Shown: piece after piece, positions 25,407 through 38,415 of the stretch
How positions within the stretch are numbered: position 1 is the first letter of the stretch
How the letters are laid out: each line of letters opens with the position of its first letter
Source: Yuukianura sp. NJ FZ-2021
Taxonomy: Eukaryota
NCBI GenBank assembly: GCA_046563655.1
Contig: CM102289.1
Coordinates: 62,001 to 126,000 of the forward strand
Reading direction: 5' to 3'
Length of the DNA stretch: 64,000 bases
The notes under the pieces: model-generated
Databases searched by the model: none
Told to the model about the DNA's origin: nothing
The model's input: only the letters and a program-made list of their open reading frames with translations
Program-made: the position numbers and the translations under genes

Positions 25407-27986
25407 TCTCTATATATAAAATCGAGACCCTGTTTATCTGTGTGTGTGTGTGTGTGTGTGTCCTGCTACTCCTCCGAAACTACTGGACCGATTTGGACAA
25501 ATGAGGTGTCCTTTTCTTCGTGAGGTCACCCCGAAAAGCATAGGCTATGTTGCATCTTGACCTGTGACCTTTGACCCTTGACCTGCTGCGATGACCTCAC
25601 AAAATCGTCCCAAACACAGTCAAGTGACGTGTCATTCGAAAGCAGAGTTCAAATGCAGTCGAGTGATGTATGGCACATTGACCTGTGACCTTTGACCCTT
25701 GACCCAGGGCGGTGACCTCATATAGAATTAAGGTGAACATAGGCAAGTGACATGTCATTCAAAAGCAGAAGTCAAATGCAGTCGATTGGTGTATGACAAA
25801 TTAACCTGTGACTTTTGACCCTTGACCCAGAGCGTTGACCTCACATAAAATTAAACCAGACACAGTCAAGTGACATGTCATTGGAAAGCAGAGGTCAAAT
25901 GCAGTCGATTGATGTAAGACGCATTAACCTTTGACCTTTGACCCTTGCGCTAGAGCGGCGATCTGGCATAGAATTAAACCACCAATCTCTATATATAAAA
26001 TCGAGACCCTGTTTATCTGTCTGTGTGTCCTGCTACTCCTCCGAAACTACTGGACCGATTTGGACAAATGAGGTGTCCTTTTCTTCGTGAGGTCACCCCG
26101 AAGACCGTAGGCTATGTCACATGTTGATCTGACCTTTGACCTTTGACCCAGCGCAGTGACCTCATGTGAAACCAAAGGAAACATAGGCATGTGGTATATC
26201 AATCGAAAGGGTAGGTCAAATGGAGTCGATTGACGTATCACATGATGACGTCTGACCTTTGACCTTTGACCTAGCGCAGTGCCCTCATGCGAAATCAAAG
26301 GAAACATAGGCAAGTAGTATATCAATCGAAAGGGTAGGTCAAATGGAGTCGATTGACGTATAACAAGATGCCTATCACCTTTAACCTTTGACCCAGCGCA
26401 GTGACCTCATGTGAAATCACAGGAAATATAGGCATGTAGTATATCAATCGAGAGGGGAGCTCAGATGGTTGTGATTGACGTATAACATGACAGATCCCGT
26501 GTGACCTTTGACTCAGCGCAGTGACCTCATGCGAAATCACAGGAAACATAGCATGTCGTGTGTTAATCGAAATGGTCAGTCATTTCAGCTAATAACAGCT
26601 GAACACAGGCAAGTGACATGTGATTCGAAAGCAGAGGCCTCATTCAGTCAATTGATATATGACATATTGACCTGTGACCTTTGACCCCTGACCCAAAGCG
26701 GTGACCTCACATAGAATTAACCTTCCCATATGCATCTCTACTAATTGGTAGCGGGTCCCCCAAACTGGTAGCGATTGCCTTAGATGGGCAGCGGGTTCCC
26801 GAATTTGGTAGCAGGTCCCCAAATTGCAGTGTTGCTGGATATCCACTTTCTTGACATTTCATCCACGGCTGGATATCCAATGGAAGATATGGATGAAATG
26901 GATGAATCCAAACAGGCGGAGCTAGACCCAAAGGGATGGAGTTACACCAGCGGTTTTTGAATTGTTTTAAACTTAACGAATAGAATAAATTCAAATAAGC
27001 CCCGAAAAAACGGAAAATTGTGTTAAAATATATCTAAATTAGTGTAATTAAATAATTGATATTTAATTACATTATTTTATAATTTATAAAGTAAATTTAT
27101 TTGAAATTTGCGCATATTTTTTAAACTCAGCTCATTTTTTCCATCCACCGTCCAGTAGAACCCCATCTCATCCACTGGATATCCAGTGGAAGGGACAATT
27201 AAGCCACTGGATGTTTAAGCATCCAGCAACACGCGGGTTCCCCAAATTGGCATACGGGTTCCCTTATTTGGTAGCGGGTTCCAAAAATTGGTAGAGGATT
27301 CCACTAAGTGGTACAGGGTTCCTCAGATTGACAGCGGGTTCCCGAATGTGGTAGAGGTTCCCCCAAATTTGTAGCGGGGTCCTCAGATTGGCATTTGGTT
27401 CCCGTATTTTGTAGCGGATTCCCAAAATCGGTAGACGGTTTCCAAAGTTGGTAGCGGGTTCCTCAGATTGGCATCGGGTTCCCGTATTTGGTGGCGGGTT
27501 CCCAAAATTGGTAGAGGGTTTCCAAAACTGGTAGCGGGTTCCTCAGATCGGCATCGGCTTCCCGTATTTGGTGGCGGGTTCCCAAAATTGGTAGCGGGTT
27601 CCTCAGATTGGTAGCGGGTTGCTCAGATTGGCAGCGGATTCCCGAACTTGGAAGCGGGTCCCCGAATTTGGAAGCGGGTCCCCCAAGTTGGTAGCGAGTT
27701 ATCGAATGTGGTAGCGGGTCCCCCAAATTGGTAGCGGGTTACCGAATGTGGTAGCGGGTCCCCCAAATTTGTAGCGGGTTACTGAATATGGTAGCGGGTT
27801 ACTGAATATGGTAGCGGGTCCCCCAAATTGGTAGCGGGTTATCCAATGTGGTAGCGGGTCCCCCAAATTTGTAGCGGGTTCCCGTATTTGGTAGCGGCTT
27901 CCCAAAATTCATACGCTTTCCCTGTGTGTTCGCATACACTACCCCAAGAACTAGCCCCGCTTTGACAAGCGGGCTTCTCAACCTTG
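25407..27986 (+). mobile_element. Non-autonomous Helitron-like element with duplicated 5' end and internal tandem repeats
   Basis: 5' A|TCTCTATATATAAA followed by a (TG)n tract at 25407 and again at 25986; ~120-bp repeats at 25560-26720; ~20-bp minisatellite ggtagcgggtccccaaatt at 26745-26825 and 27233-27905; 3' hairpin cccgctt..aagcggg (27956-27973) then CTTG|T, a variant of CTRR. Confidence 0.65.
26827..27233. mobile_element. hAT-like MITE remnant interrupting the Helitron minisatellite
   Basis: cagtgttgctggat ... atccagcaacac(t)g; no clear TSD retained. Confidence 0.55.
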
Positions 27987-28057
27987 TAAAATAATAATAG
28001 TTAGTAGCCATGAGTATGAACAGTTTAATTTCCATGAGTAGTGTGAAGTGCCCCAGT

Positions 28058-31000
28058 TCAGGAAGTGCTCTCCCTCTGCTTCTTCAGTCGATTCATCATC
28101 TTCTCCTTCTAAAAACAAAAACAATTGAAACAACAGTTGGGTGGACCAACAAGCACCACTTACGAGCCCCCCTGCTTTCTTCGGCTGCTTTGCCAAATTG
28201 GTCGTCCCGATCCGCTTCGCCTCCAGCAACTGCCTCGTCGCTTCCTCTGCCTCTTTCCGCTTCTCAATGAACATCCGCCTCTGCTCAATCTTCCAAATCT
28301 CTTTGAAATCATGGCAGAAGGACGTCCAAGGCTGGAAAAAGTCAGACGGCAAAGGAAGTTCACCAGCTTTCTTTGGTTTCGGGGTAAAGTCAAAGAATTT
28401 CATTGTCTGCACAAACCTGGAACATACAAACGTCAGTTAATGGAAACAGTAAACTGTAACATGTCCCTCCTTACGTTTTTTTGACTTCATCTAGATTCTC
28501 CTGGACGTCCATCATCTTGCCCTTTGCCTGCTCCAGGAACTTGAGCATCTTGGACTTGAAGGGCTCCAGTGTGTCCTCTGACGAAAGACGAATCACTTCC
28601 TCTGCTTGTGTCTCACAATCTACAATTACACAAGAGTTAAGGTACTAACCAACTGAATTACAAAATTAAAAAGCCTTACTTTTGAGTTTCCCTCTCAAAC
28701 AGGCAATGTCCGTCTCCACACTTTCAAAGTTGAGAGAAGACGCTCCTTCGATGTCACTCGTTTCGGGAACTGGGAGTTGAGCTTCCGTCGTTCCAGCAAA
28801 GTCGTCGTAATTCTGTCAATAACAATCACTTTCAATTTGAAACATTTTGAATGAAATTGAAATGTTTTGACTGTTGAATTGATAGGAACTGACCCTGATG
28901 TAGGTGGACACGATGAAGTGGAGGAAGGTGTAGGAGTTGTCCTTGCTCTTGACATCACGCAGTTTGGGCAGAATGTCCAGTGTGAATCCGTCTGCTTGTC
29001 CTCTCTGCATGTTCCCTCCGTTCATGTAGTTTCCATAAGTGAGGATCAGAGCCAGCACAGTCTTCAGATCCTTGGAGCTCATCAGTTTGTCACAAACGAG
29101 TCTGAAGTTGCTCAGTTTCGTTTCAATCATTCCAAAGGACTCGGCAAACGAGAACTGGAACGTGAGACACAGAATCCTCTCTGAGAACTGCGCCAGGCAG
29201 TGCAGGTCGAACAGAAATCTAAACACAAAACACAATCGTTACTCTGCTCATCAACTCAACTAAAATGTGTTTGTACTTGTCTGCTTTCTCCAGCGGCATC
29301 TCTGGATTCATCTGTATATGCTCCTTCATCAGTCCAAACTCCTCGTCTGTCGCTTTCTAAAACAATGAGAACTTAAGTTATGGAATGTTGGTCAGAGAGA
29401 AGTAAGGATCTTACAATGTCCAGTATTTTCTCCAGCGTCTCCAGTTTCACTTCGGACAGATCCAGTTCAACGATGGCTGAGGAAAAGGAACAAGTTTAGT
29501 TGGTTTATTACGGTTGTTGGAGTAAGAAGTTGTTACTAAGAAGTGTGACCTTCTTTGATTCTGGAGATGTCGGGCACTCTCCTGTCGTCCTCCAGCTTGT
29601 TGCTCCTAATGAAGATCCCCACATTCTGAGCTCTCTTGGGGTCGAGGACTGAGATGGCCTTGAGTGTTGCTTTGGGTTTCTCTTCTTTCTTCTCCTTTGT
29701 CTCTCTCTTCTCCAGCACTTGGCGACCGAAGAGATCTGTGAAGTCGTCCCAACTTCCAACACTCACTTCCTCCAACTTCTCCCACAATTTCTTCTCAGCG
29801 CTTCTTTTGTCTTCCTCTCTAGTAAGTAAACAACACTTTTGAACAGTTCAATTGTCTAGATAAGAAGTTTCTTACTCTTCTGTGGTTGGAGGAGGTGGAG
29901 GCACTCCCACTTTGATTTGAATTCGAGTCCAGTACAAAGCTAACAACAAACAACATATTTGTAGTCCAGTGTTCAACTCAAATAAGTTTGTGGCCTGGAG
30001 TGAACTCACGTTTCATTGGGATCTTGGGATTGATGGGTTTCTTCCTCGCTTCAAGTCGGGACTGCCATCCACCAGTCGGTGGAGCTGGAAGGGAAGGTGC
30101 TCCAGGCGGAGGAGGAGGCATTCCAGACATCATTGGAGGAGGAGGAGGCATTCCAGGCGCCGGAGGAGGACCAAATCCAGACATCATGGGAGGCGGAGGA
30201 GGAATTCCAGACATCATTGGAGGTGGAGGAGGAGGTATTCCAGACATCATCGGAGGAGGAGGCGGTATGCCAGACATCATGGGAGGCGGAATTCCAGACA
30301 TCATGGGAGGCGGAGGAGGAATTCCAGACATCATTGGAGGTGGAGGAGGAGGTATTCCAGACATCATCGGAGGAGGAGGCGGTATGCCAGACATCATGGG
30401 AGGAGGAGGAGGAATTCCAGATATCATTGGAGGTGGAGGAGGTATTCCAGGCATCATGGGAGGAGGTGGAGGAGGGTGGAATGTCATAGAAGGAGGAGGA
30501 GGCGGCGGAATTGGAACAAAGACGCTAGTTGTGCTTGAATTTTGACTGGTATTCTGAGAAAAAGAGGAGGGTGGAGACGGAGACTCAGGTGGAGGTTTGA
30601 AGTCGTCGTGAACTTTGACGACCGGGGAATTCTGGAAACGAAATCAAATGGTTACAATTTAATTTTAGGTTGAATGCGTAATTTAAATTGACACTCACTT
30701 GGAGTGCGATGATCTTTTTGTACTGTTCGCACTCTTCCTCCAACTGCCGAATTCTGGCCCCCAACTTCCGTTCCACTGCTTCCTGCGTTTCCCCACGCAC
30801 AGAGAACACGGCCACTTCGTGTTCCTCCGTTTGCTTCTGGAGAGACTGCTTGTGTGCCCTCTTGAGCCCCATCACCATCTGCTGGAACTCTGGAAACCAA
30901 ACACTCACTAAATCCACAACCAACACTTAGAGAAGAATTAGTAGAAGCAGAGGTCAAAGTTGAAAGGAAGAGGAGTTCAGACCTGGAGCTGCGTCCTCAG

Positions 31001-32861
31001 TCTCTGGACACGCCACACGACTGAGGTCATTTTCACTCTCAAAGTGACTCACAGTCTTCGGCACGATGCCCGGAGCGGGTAGTTCCCTCATGTCACCATC
31101 ACCCCCTCCACCTACGTTAATCCACCCCCAACTCCATCACCCTCCAAAGGTTAGGCCATCACATTATAAGCACAACTCACCAGCCTCCGTGTACTTGGCT
31201 CCACTCCGACCAACACAACAACCTTCCTGCGACGGAGGCCAGGAAACAGGGGCAATTTCCCAGGCACTTGGCAAGACACGGCTGGAGACTCCGAGTGGGA
31301 CCAGTAGTAGATCAAATCAGGCTGCAATTTACAACATTTCAACAAAGTTTCAACATTTCAACATTTGAAACTTCAAGTTCTTACCCGGAACATTTTGTCT
31401 GCCAAGTCATCGTCCTCAATTTGCTTGAGAACACCGGCAGCCAGGAGCAGCGTACAAAACTGATTGGCCACCAACTTCTGATCAGCGATGCTCAGGATTT
31501 CTTTGATGTAGTTCCCATCCTCCAAGCAAGACACGAACCAATTGATCAGCATCTGACCTAACATCACAAAAATCAACAAAAGTTACAACTCTTCATCCCT
31601 ATTCCGCGCAGTTTCAACTTCTTTTTTACCTTCGAACTTCTCGTAGAGTCTGAAATCCAGTTTTTCTGGAACAAACTTTGGTTTCGTGAGACTTTTAACT
31701 TGAGCCTGCTGTGTCTGTAGTTCTGCGAGGGTGAGACTGGCCACTTTGCGCAGCACATTGCTGTCTGGAGTGGGAACGTCAGTCACAGAGTTGTAGCGTC
31801 GAGGCAGAGGAGGAGGACCCACAAAGTCATCTCCACCAACTAAAACACAAGTTCACAACTTAAAAACTGATCAAACTTCAACCACAAAGAGAGAGTTGAT
31901 TTTACTTTTGAAGCAGTCGTCACTTCCAGTTGTTCCGTTTCCATTGTTGTCTCTGTAGCCAAAAACGGCTGATTCGGACTGGGGTTCATCCACAGGAGAA
32001 GACACTGAGCTCAGTTCCACTTTCCGTTTCCGTGTAAGTGTAAAGGAGGCAGTGAGGGGCCGCTGAACTCCGGAAGCACTGAAACACAAATGAAGCATCT
32101 TTTAAAAACAAGGTTCCTCTTCTTTGGACTAAAGTTGGATGTCACTTGAAATTGAGGTCAGCAGAAGAAGACATGATGGATGGTTCATCCAGACACAAAG
32201 TCGCTTTGCTTCCGCCCACTTCACTCGTCGGCATCAACATGATCTGCAAAACCAATCACTTTTAAATCCAACTTCCAACTTCAACTCCAAATTCAACTAA
32301 AATAGAAGTTAGTTGAAAGTGACCTCGACAGAGTCCATGCTGATTTGGTCGCTTTGGTTTCGCAGAGTGTCGTCGTCCCCATCGTCGTCCAGCGGAGAAA
32401 TGTTGGCCACTGCCGAGTAGAAACTCCCACTTAAACTCCCACCTCAGAAAGTGATAAAAGTAGAAGTTGAATTTCACTTTGATTCAAGTTTTAAATATTG
32501 ATAGTTGAGTAAAGTTACCTCCGAAAGCAGTTTGGAATGTTTCTGGGAGTGTCCAAGTGCTCAGTTCTTCGTCTAGTGAAGTGTCCTCTTCGTAGTTTAG
32601 ACTGAGGTCAGTGCGAGAGGAGAGAGAGCAGTTGGGGTCCAGAGATCCGTTAGTGGATGGATGTTGTGAATTCCTCTCACTTCCACCTTCGTCCACCGTT
32701 GTTGAAGTGTTGAGTGGAGATGAATTGGGTGGAGGGGGAGCTCTGTTTTTTGTGGATACTGCTCTTGTGTCCATTGTTGGTTGTTCAGTGTCTCCTTTCC
32801 CCTTGCTGCTCTTGACACTCTTCTTCTTCCCTTCCTTCTCCTTCCCTGCTTGGTTGCCCAT
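28058..32861 (-). CDS. capu: Formin, Cappuccino/FMN1-2 class, multi-exon
   Basis: MGNQAGK start; DEP-like region ([11 protein letters not shown]...[14 protein letters not shown]); coiled coil; poly-Pro FH1 (~30050-30510); FH2 ([69 protein letters not shown]); Spire-binding-like basic tail [22 protein letters not shown] with stop at 28058. Confidence 0.93.
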
Positions 32862-33114
32862 CCTCACCAGTTGACGGAGATGAGGGCAGGAGATGAGTCC
32901 AGTGACACACAAGGTGGATGGCAGTTGATCAAGGGATGGAGGACATTGGAAGCAAGGAACCAGCAAGTACGTCCCAAAACATTTCCCTCTTCTTCCAAAG
33001 TTGTCCTCTGACACTTGACTTACATTTTGAGTCCACTCCTTTCCTACTGGACAAAGGACGGTTGGAAGTGGAAGTCGCCAGTACTGCCACTCGTTGAACT
33101 CTGCTTCTTCGTTT

Positions 33115-33490
33115 CCTTCAAAACAACGAGATCCATTAAGTTTTAAGGACCCAGTACAAAGGTTGACAATTGAAATAGCAGAAGGAGCTTACCGTTGGTG
33201 ACTGTTGTCTCTCTGGGTAGAGTGAAAGCATGTTGATGTCTGGTAGGAGTGTTATATGTAGAGGTGCATTCTGAATGACTGAAACTGGAGAGAAAAGAGA
33301 AAGTATCAGGAGCGCCGCCGCGGTTTCCCAACGCCGTCGCACATTGTTGAGCATTTGGTTTTGAAAAGTAGGAATTTCCTTCTGGAGAGATTGGTGACTG
33401 CTGAGCGTGATACTGGCCATGATGCTGATGGATCCCATTTCCTGTTTCTGCTGTGTCCATGTGACCAGTGACTCCTTGTGCAGTAGGCAT
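33115..33490 (-). CDS. Candidate upstream coding exon (33490-33193) splicing in frame to 33115 and on into the formin
   Basis: ATG 33490, phase-1 donor ACG|gtaagc at 33192, acceptor aag at 33116. The frame stays open from 33115 through MGNQ and encodes EFNEWQYWRLPLP. Confidence 0.55.
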
Positions 33491-33981
33491 TCCACTTCTG
33501 ATGTTCAGTAACCATGTAAATTAAAACGATTCCTCCACGATTTCTGGAAAAAGAAACAAGAAAGGAAAATTACATGTGAGAGGACGAGTAGGTTTGGAAT
33601 GGTTTCTTTTCCTTTGTGAATTATGACTAAGATGCTGATTACAATTAAACAAGTAGTGGATGATGATGATTTAGCAGTTTCATATGAACACAATTAATAG
33701 CACTCCCTCTTCATAGTACTATACCTTCCTAGTAGAGTCTCAACTTTCTCCTGTTCTTGAAAAGTGGATGATGGTTTGAATTAATTAGTTAAATCGTTTT
33801 TAAATCACTACGCAATTCAAATTAAAACCGGTGTGCATTTGCAGATAACTATAGCTTTCTCCCAGAGTTAACTATGTTAATTTTTGGACTTTTACCTAAC
33901 CTAACCTTTAAGCCAGAGGGCGCTGAAAACACCAAATTTTTTGACTATGCAAATGAGGAGAAAGTGATAGTTATCTGCAAG

Positions 33982-35104
33982 TTATTATAATAGCGAAGCT
34001 ATTATGATAAAAGAGGTTTGTCTGTCCGTCTGTCTGTCCGGATTAATTATCTCAGAAACTACTGGTCCGATTTGATTCCGGTTTTCACCAGTGACCATGT
34101 CATGACCCGGGCTTGGTCACTATTGAATATTATCCCATTGGGTCAAAGGTCAAGGTCAACCGTTTTCTCCCGATAACTCAGTAACCAAGCGACGACAGGA
34201 AAAATGACCTCTACAAAAGTTGTTCAGCTCGATGAGATGATCATTTTTTGTCCTATGACCTATGACACTGTGACCTATACCTGAGGTCATAGGTAATTCC
34301 GAAGTTTTTCATCTATCTTTATGCCGACCTGTGGCCTTAGGGATAGGTCACAAGGTCATAGGTCATAGGACAAAAAATGATCATCTCATCGAGCTGAACA
34401 ACTTTTGTAGAGGTCATTTTTTGGGTTGTCTGGAGAGGTCATTCAACTTCAACTCGAAATTTGTCTAAGTCGATTTCAAAGGTCATTTGTAATGCAAGTG
34501 TGGGTAAACAAAACTCTGCTTGTGAGACTGGAAAGGCAATTGGCATGGGACTTGATTCTCTGCTTAGCAAAAAATCTATTACGCAGTTGACATATACACA
34601 TTACACACTCATGCACTGTGTCCACCGGGTGTCACCTGTCACTTGCCGGGTGTCACCTGTCACCTGTTGATTGCCGGGTGTCACCTGTCACCTGTTGATT
34701 GCCGGGTGTCACCTGTCACCTGTGACTTGCCGGGTGTCACCTGTCACGTGCCGCGTGTCACCTGTCACCCTCAAGTGTCACTTGCCGGGTGTCACCTGTC
34801 ACGCCTCAGCTGTCACGTCTCACCTGTCAAAACCCCCTGGGGGGCGGGAAAGTGGGGGGAACACACCCCCACTACCCCGGGGGGGGCGGGAAAGTGGGGG
34901 AACACACCCCCACGCCTCCTGGGATGCGGAGCAAAGAAGCGGGAAAACACACCCCTACTCCCCGGGGGGGGGGCGGGAAAGTGGGGAAAACACACCCCCA
35001 CTCCCCCCGGGGGGGGGAGGCGGAAAGGTGGGGGGAACAAACCCCCTTCGGGGGGCCTATTGCTTCGCTATTATCAGTATGGGCGGTTTACAACCGGTTT
35101 ATTA
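33982..35104 (+). mobile_element. DINE-1/HINE-like (Helentron-associated) non-autonomous element
   Basis: SubTIRs ataatagcgaagc (33987-33999) / gcttcgctattat (35062-35074); GTCT/GTCC microsatellite at 34019-34040; 3' hairpin cggtt-tac-aaccg (35084-35096); T-rich flanks; internal tandem repeats at 34625-34830 and G/C-run repeats at 34830-35055. Confidence 0.75.
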
Positions 35105-35291
35105 TTGCTCAAATTAAAGTTAAATTAAAATTAAATTTGAATTTTAAATTTCCTCAGCGCGGGACGCCGGTTTGTTTACAAACTAGTTTTGCCATTTCCA
35201 CTAAATGCCATTGCCTTTGACAAAACCATAGTGCAATTCCAAAATTAAAGTTAATTATATTGAAATTGGAAATGACTTGAACTTAGTAATT

Positions 35292-38200
35292 GAAGAAGCC
35301 AGAACAAGAAGTACACCTATTTATTTTTTTTAAATATTTGACTATCGTTGCCCCGACGATGATGGCATTGAACTTTCGAGGGGACTGCTTACGCGATGCG
35401 CAGAACACGTAAAACCCCAATTTTCAAAAAAAAAAAATATGAAGTTTAAACTTTGAAGACATACGTGAAAGTTTATGAGGGGAAAAACAATTATTTAGAC
35501 GTAGTGTATGCACTTGACTGAACTAGAATGCTGTATCACAGTAGAACAAAGTTGATAAAGGATATACCACAAAATACTGAAACAAGTTAGCGAAATATTT
35601 AGAAAAACAATTACACTTGCAACTAAACTTCGTCCTCCTCGTCCTCTTCCTCTTCGTCGATGATGAGGTCCACTTCATCTTCAGCAGCCTCCATCGTTTC
35701 ATAGAAGATTTTATCCAAGGGAACATGTACATTTTCCAGCAAATTTGTGACATTTTGGTATTTGACCTTTTTCATGGGGACATATGAGCTGTAGGCTGGT
35801 GGAGGCATTCGGAGAGTGTTCTTAAGCAGGTCAATTGTTACACCTCTTTTCAGGATGTTGAAAACGTCATTGTAAGGCCCATCTGTAGACTTTCTGGAAG
35901 TGATACGACCAACTCTGCAAGTTGAAAACGTTTGTTTCATTTTGAAATATTTTGTGCTGGTAAAAATAACGGGTAAAATGTATTCACCTATCAAATCTGA
36001 AGCCTTTTGCAGTCATTATTCCTTTTGGAGGTTTTAGAATTGGGCCGAGAACAACCTTATAGTCAAAAACCTTGACGATTGGAGTACCGTCGTCTGCTAG
36101 ATCGTCAGTCAAGGGATGTTCCACGTAGGAAACTTGAAACGGCAAGTTTGGTTGCGCACCTCGGATCAACTTTGTCCAATCAGACGGGAAATACATCTTG
36201 TCTTTCTTTCGCTTCAGTTGTTCCACTCTAGCAAAAGCACGATCGCATGCCATTCGACTGTGCCCAACAATTGGAAAAGAAAACGTGATTTCTTCAAACC
36301 TGTCGCTAAGACTGCTAAGAAATGCCAATAGAAACCTGTAATACGAAAGTATAGATGCCTGGTTAACTTAATGAAAACAGATCAATATTTGTTTAGCATA
36401 CCTATTTTTGTTTTGTCCGCCAGAGTTGTCAGAGAACAATCGTAGCTTCTTAATTTGTAGAGGAATGACGTTCTCAAAGTAGTGACTTAGGCAGGAAATA
36501 ACTTCGTTTGGTCCCTTGTGACAAAACGTTTCGGAATAGATGTACATGTTGGTAATTCCAGAGCGGATATCATGAATTCCAAAGTTGTACAACCACAACT
36601 GCCGAGAAAAGAACTCCCGAGTCACATTCGTCACAGGTAACGGAAGATTCTTCTCAAAGTCAAAACACAGGCAGGCTACGTCATCTGGGAGCTGAGAGAT
36701 TTCGTCTTTACCCATCTGAGTGTAGAAATTTTGTGCTTGTGACAGGTGATTGTCGTGGGCAGTTCTTAGGTTGGTTAGGACAACTTGATCATTCTCAATC
36801 TCCGCAGCCCTTTGCTTCACCTTGTTAGATTCGCAGGTTTCGCATATATCAGAACGAGGGTAGCCAAACGACAGATTAAATTCGTAATTGAATATTTTCT
36901 CGAAGCACCATTGCTTGATTTTCTTGGATTGAACATTACGGGGCTCCAAGTTAAATGGGCTGTATTCTGCGTGTTTCTGAAGAAAATCCTTGTACAATCC
37001 AGAAATTGATCCATCTGATTCCAAGTATGTTCTGTTCTGATTATGAGCTCGTGAGTAGTGAGACTCCCTTGGTTCCAAACTGTGAAGGTACAATCGTACC
37101 GCAGCAATGGCGTCAGGATGAATGGTTTTGCGGGAGTTATGTTTGCCTCTTCCATCTTGAACCGACTTATTCCAGTTGAGCACCTTAAATTAGAAATAAA
37201 CGGTAATTTCTTCACAATACTGTAGAAAATTTGTTACATGTTAATTAATTCACTTAAATGTATACATTTTTTCACCTTCCTTCGTAGTCTGGATTTTTTA
37301 ATATCCAGAAGGCCCAAAAGGAACTTCTGGCAAATGCGAATAGATGCCTGGGTAGATGTAGTCAAGCGATATTCGTATGAATAAGCGTTAGCAACAGGCC
37401 CGAGGCTAGTTACGCAGCTCCTCAGAAACAAGGTTTGCTCCTCATGACTCCTCATTCCTCGAAATTCATCAAAAATAGCATTTTGTTCTTGTTGACTAAG
37501 TTTATCTTTGCAAGATGGGCGGCATTTGCAGTCTACTTCAACCCTTGCTTTGGGGGGAACTACGTCTCCTTTCCCGTTTACGTATAGTTCACCTAGAAAT
37601 CAAATACTTTTGATTAAGTCATCATATTTACAAGTCAACTTCATAATTTCTATTGTAAACTTGCCTGCCAATCTTGCGCGTTTCGTAACATTGCTCCTCC
37701 ATTGACTTGGATTCCTGGTTTTCTTTTTTGGTCTCAAAGTTGGATTTTGTGGTGGCAATTGATTTGCGTTCTTAAAAAAAAAATTTTATTTATCAACCCC
37801 GCAAAAAATATTGTAATAATAGTAAGAGTAGTGTTTTGTCATGACTTTCCCCTCATAATGTTACAGAAAAATTGGACATGACCCGTATACAAAAGTGACA
37901 AAAAAAAACCTGTCAAAACGATTAGCCATGTCATCACATCCATACACTTTAAAGTTAAGCTAAAGATTTGAACTTACCGTTGACATGATGTTGCTGGATG
38001 CTGGATTGACTCCTGGAACGTAGATTAACCTCTTGGAAATCGTTTTTTAACACTTTCTGAGTAATTAGATGTAGAAGTGAAATGGACTTGAAGTGTTGAA
38101 GACAAAGAACTGATGGAAGTGAAGTGTCACTCCAAAATTCACAAAACCATCCCTTCTCATTGTGAGTCTACATGTATGGGCATCGGGAATTTTTTTTGAA

Positions 38201-38415
38201 TTTCTTTTGATTTTTTAAAAGTAAATTTTACCGAAAGTATACCGATTGGTGTTACGCAATAATTGCTTTTGGAGAAGTTACCCTCGTTTGATTGATATAA
38301 TTTGTGAATTGTAGTTTTTTGAAATAAAATTTCGGTTACAACCAAGATGCACCAAAAAATAAACAATTAAATTTCGAGAAATAAAAATAGGTGTACTTCT
38401 TGTTCTGGCTTCTTC
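35292..38415 (-). mobile_element. Sola1-type DNA transposon, apparently full length
   Basis: ~31-bp perfect TIR gaagaagccagaacaagaagtacacctattt / aaataggtgtacttcttgttctggcttcttc; 4-bp TSD AATT (35288-35291, 38416-38419), matching the Sola1 AWWT target. Confidence 0.9.
35623..37986 (-). CDS. Sola1-type DDD transposase, spliced
   Basis: WRSNVTKRARLAG..Y...KG..V....CKC..SC; DGRGKH; RESHYSR; FNLSFGYPRSDICETC; FDFEKNLPLP; SRQLWLYNFGIH; KGPNEVISCL; SDNSGGQNKN; FPIVGHSRMACDRAFARVE; acidic tail. Short introns, one with a GC donor (~37667). Confidence 0.88.

Noticed and set aside
27463..28035. Repetitive minus-strand ORFs as a formin extension
   Set aside because: They derive from the 20-bp minisatellite; the formin already stops at 28058.
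29969..30545. Arg/His-rich, Gly-rich and Glu-rich + strand ORFs
   Set aside because: Antisense shadows of the formin FH1 poly-proline repeat.
34461..35220. Cys/His-rich PGVTCH ORFs resembling metal-binding proteins
   Set aside because: Translations of tandem repeats inside the HINE-like element, open in several frames.
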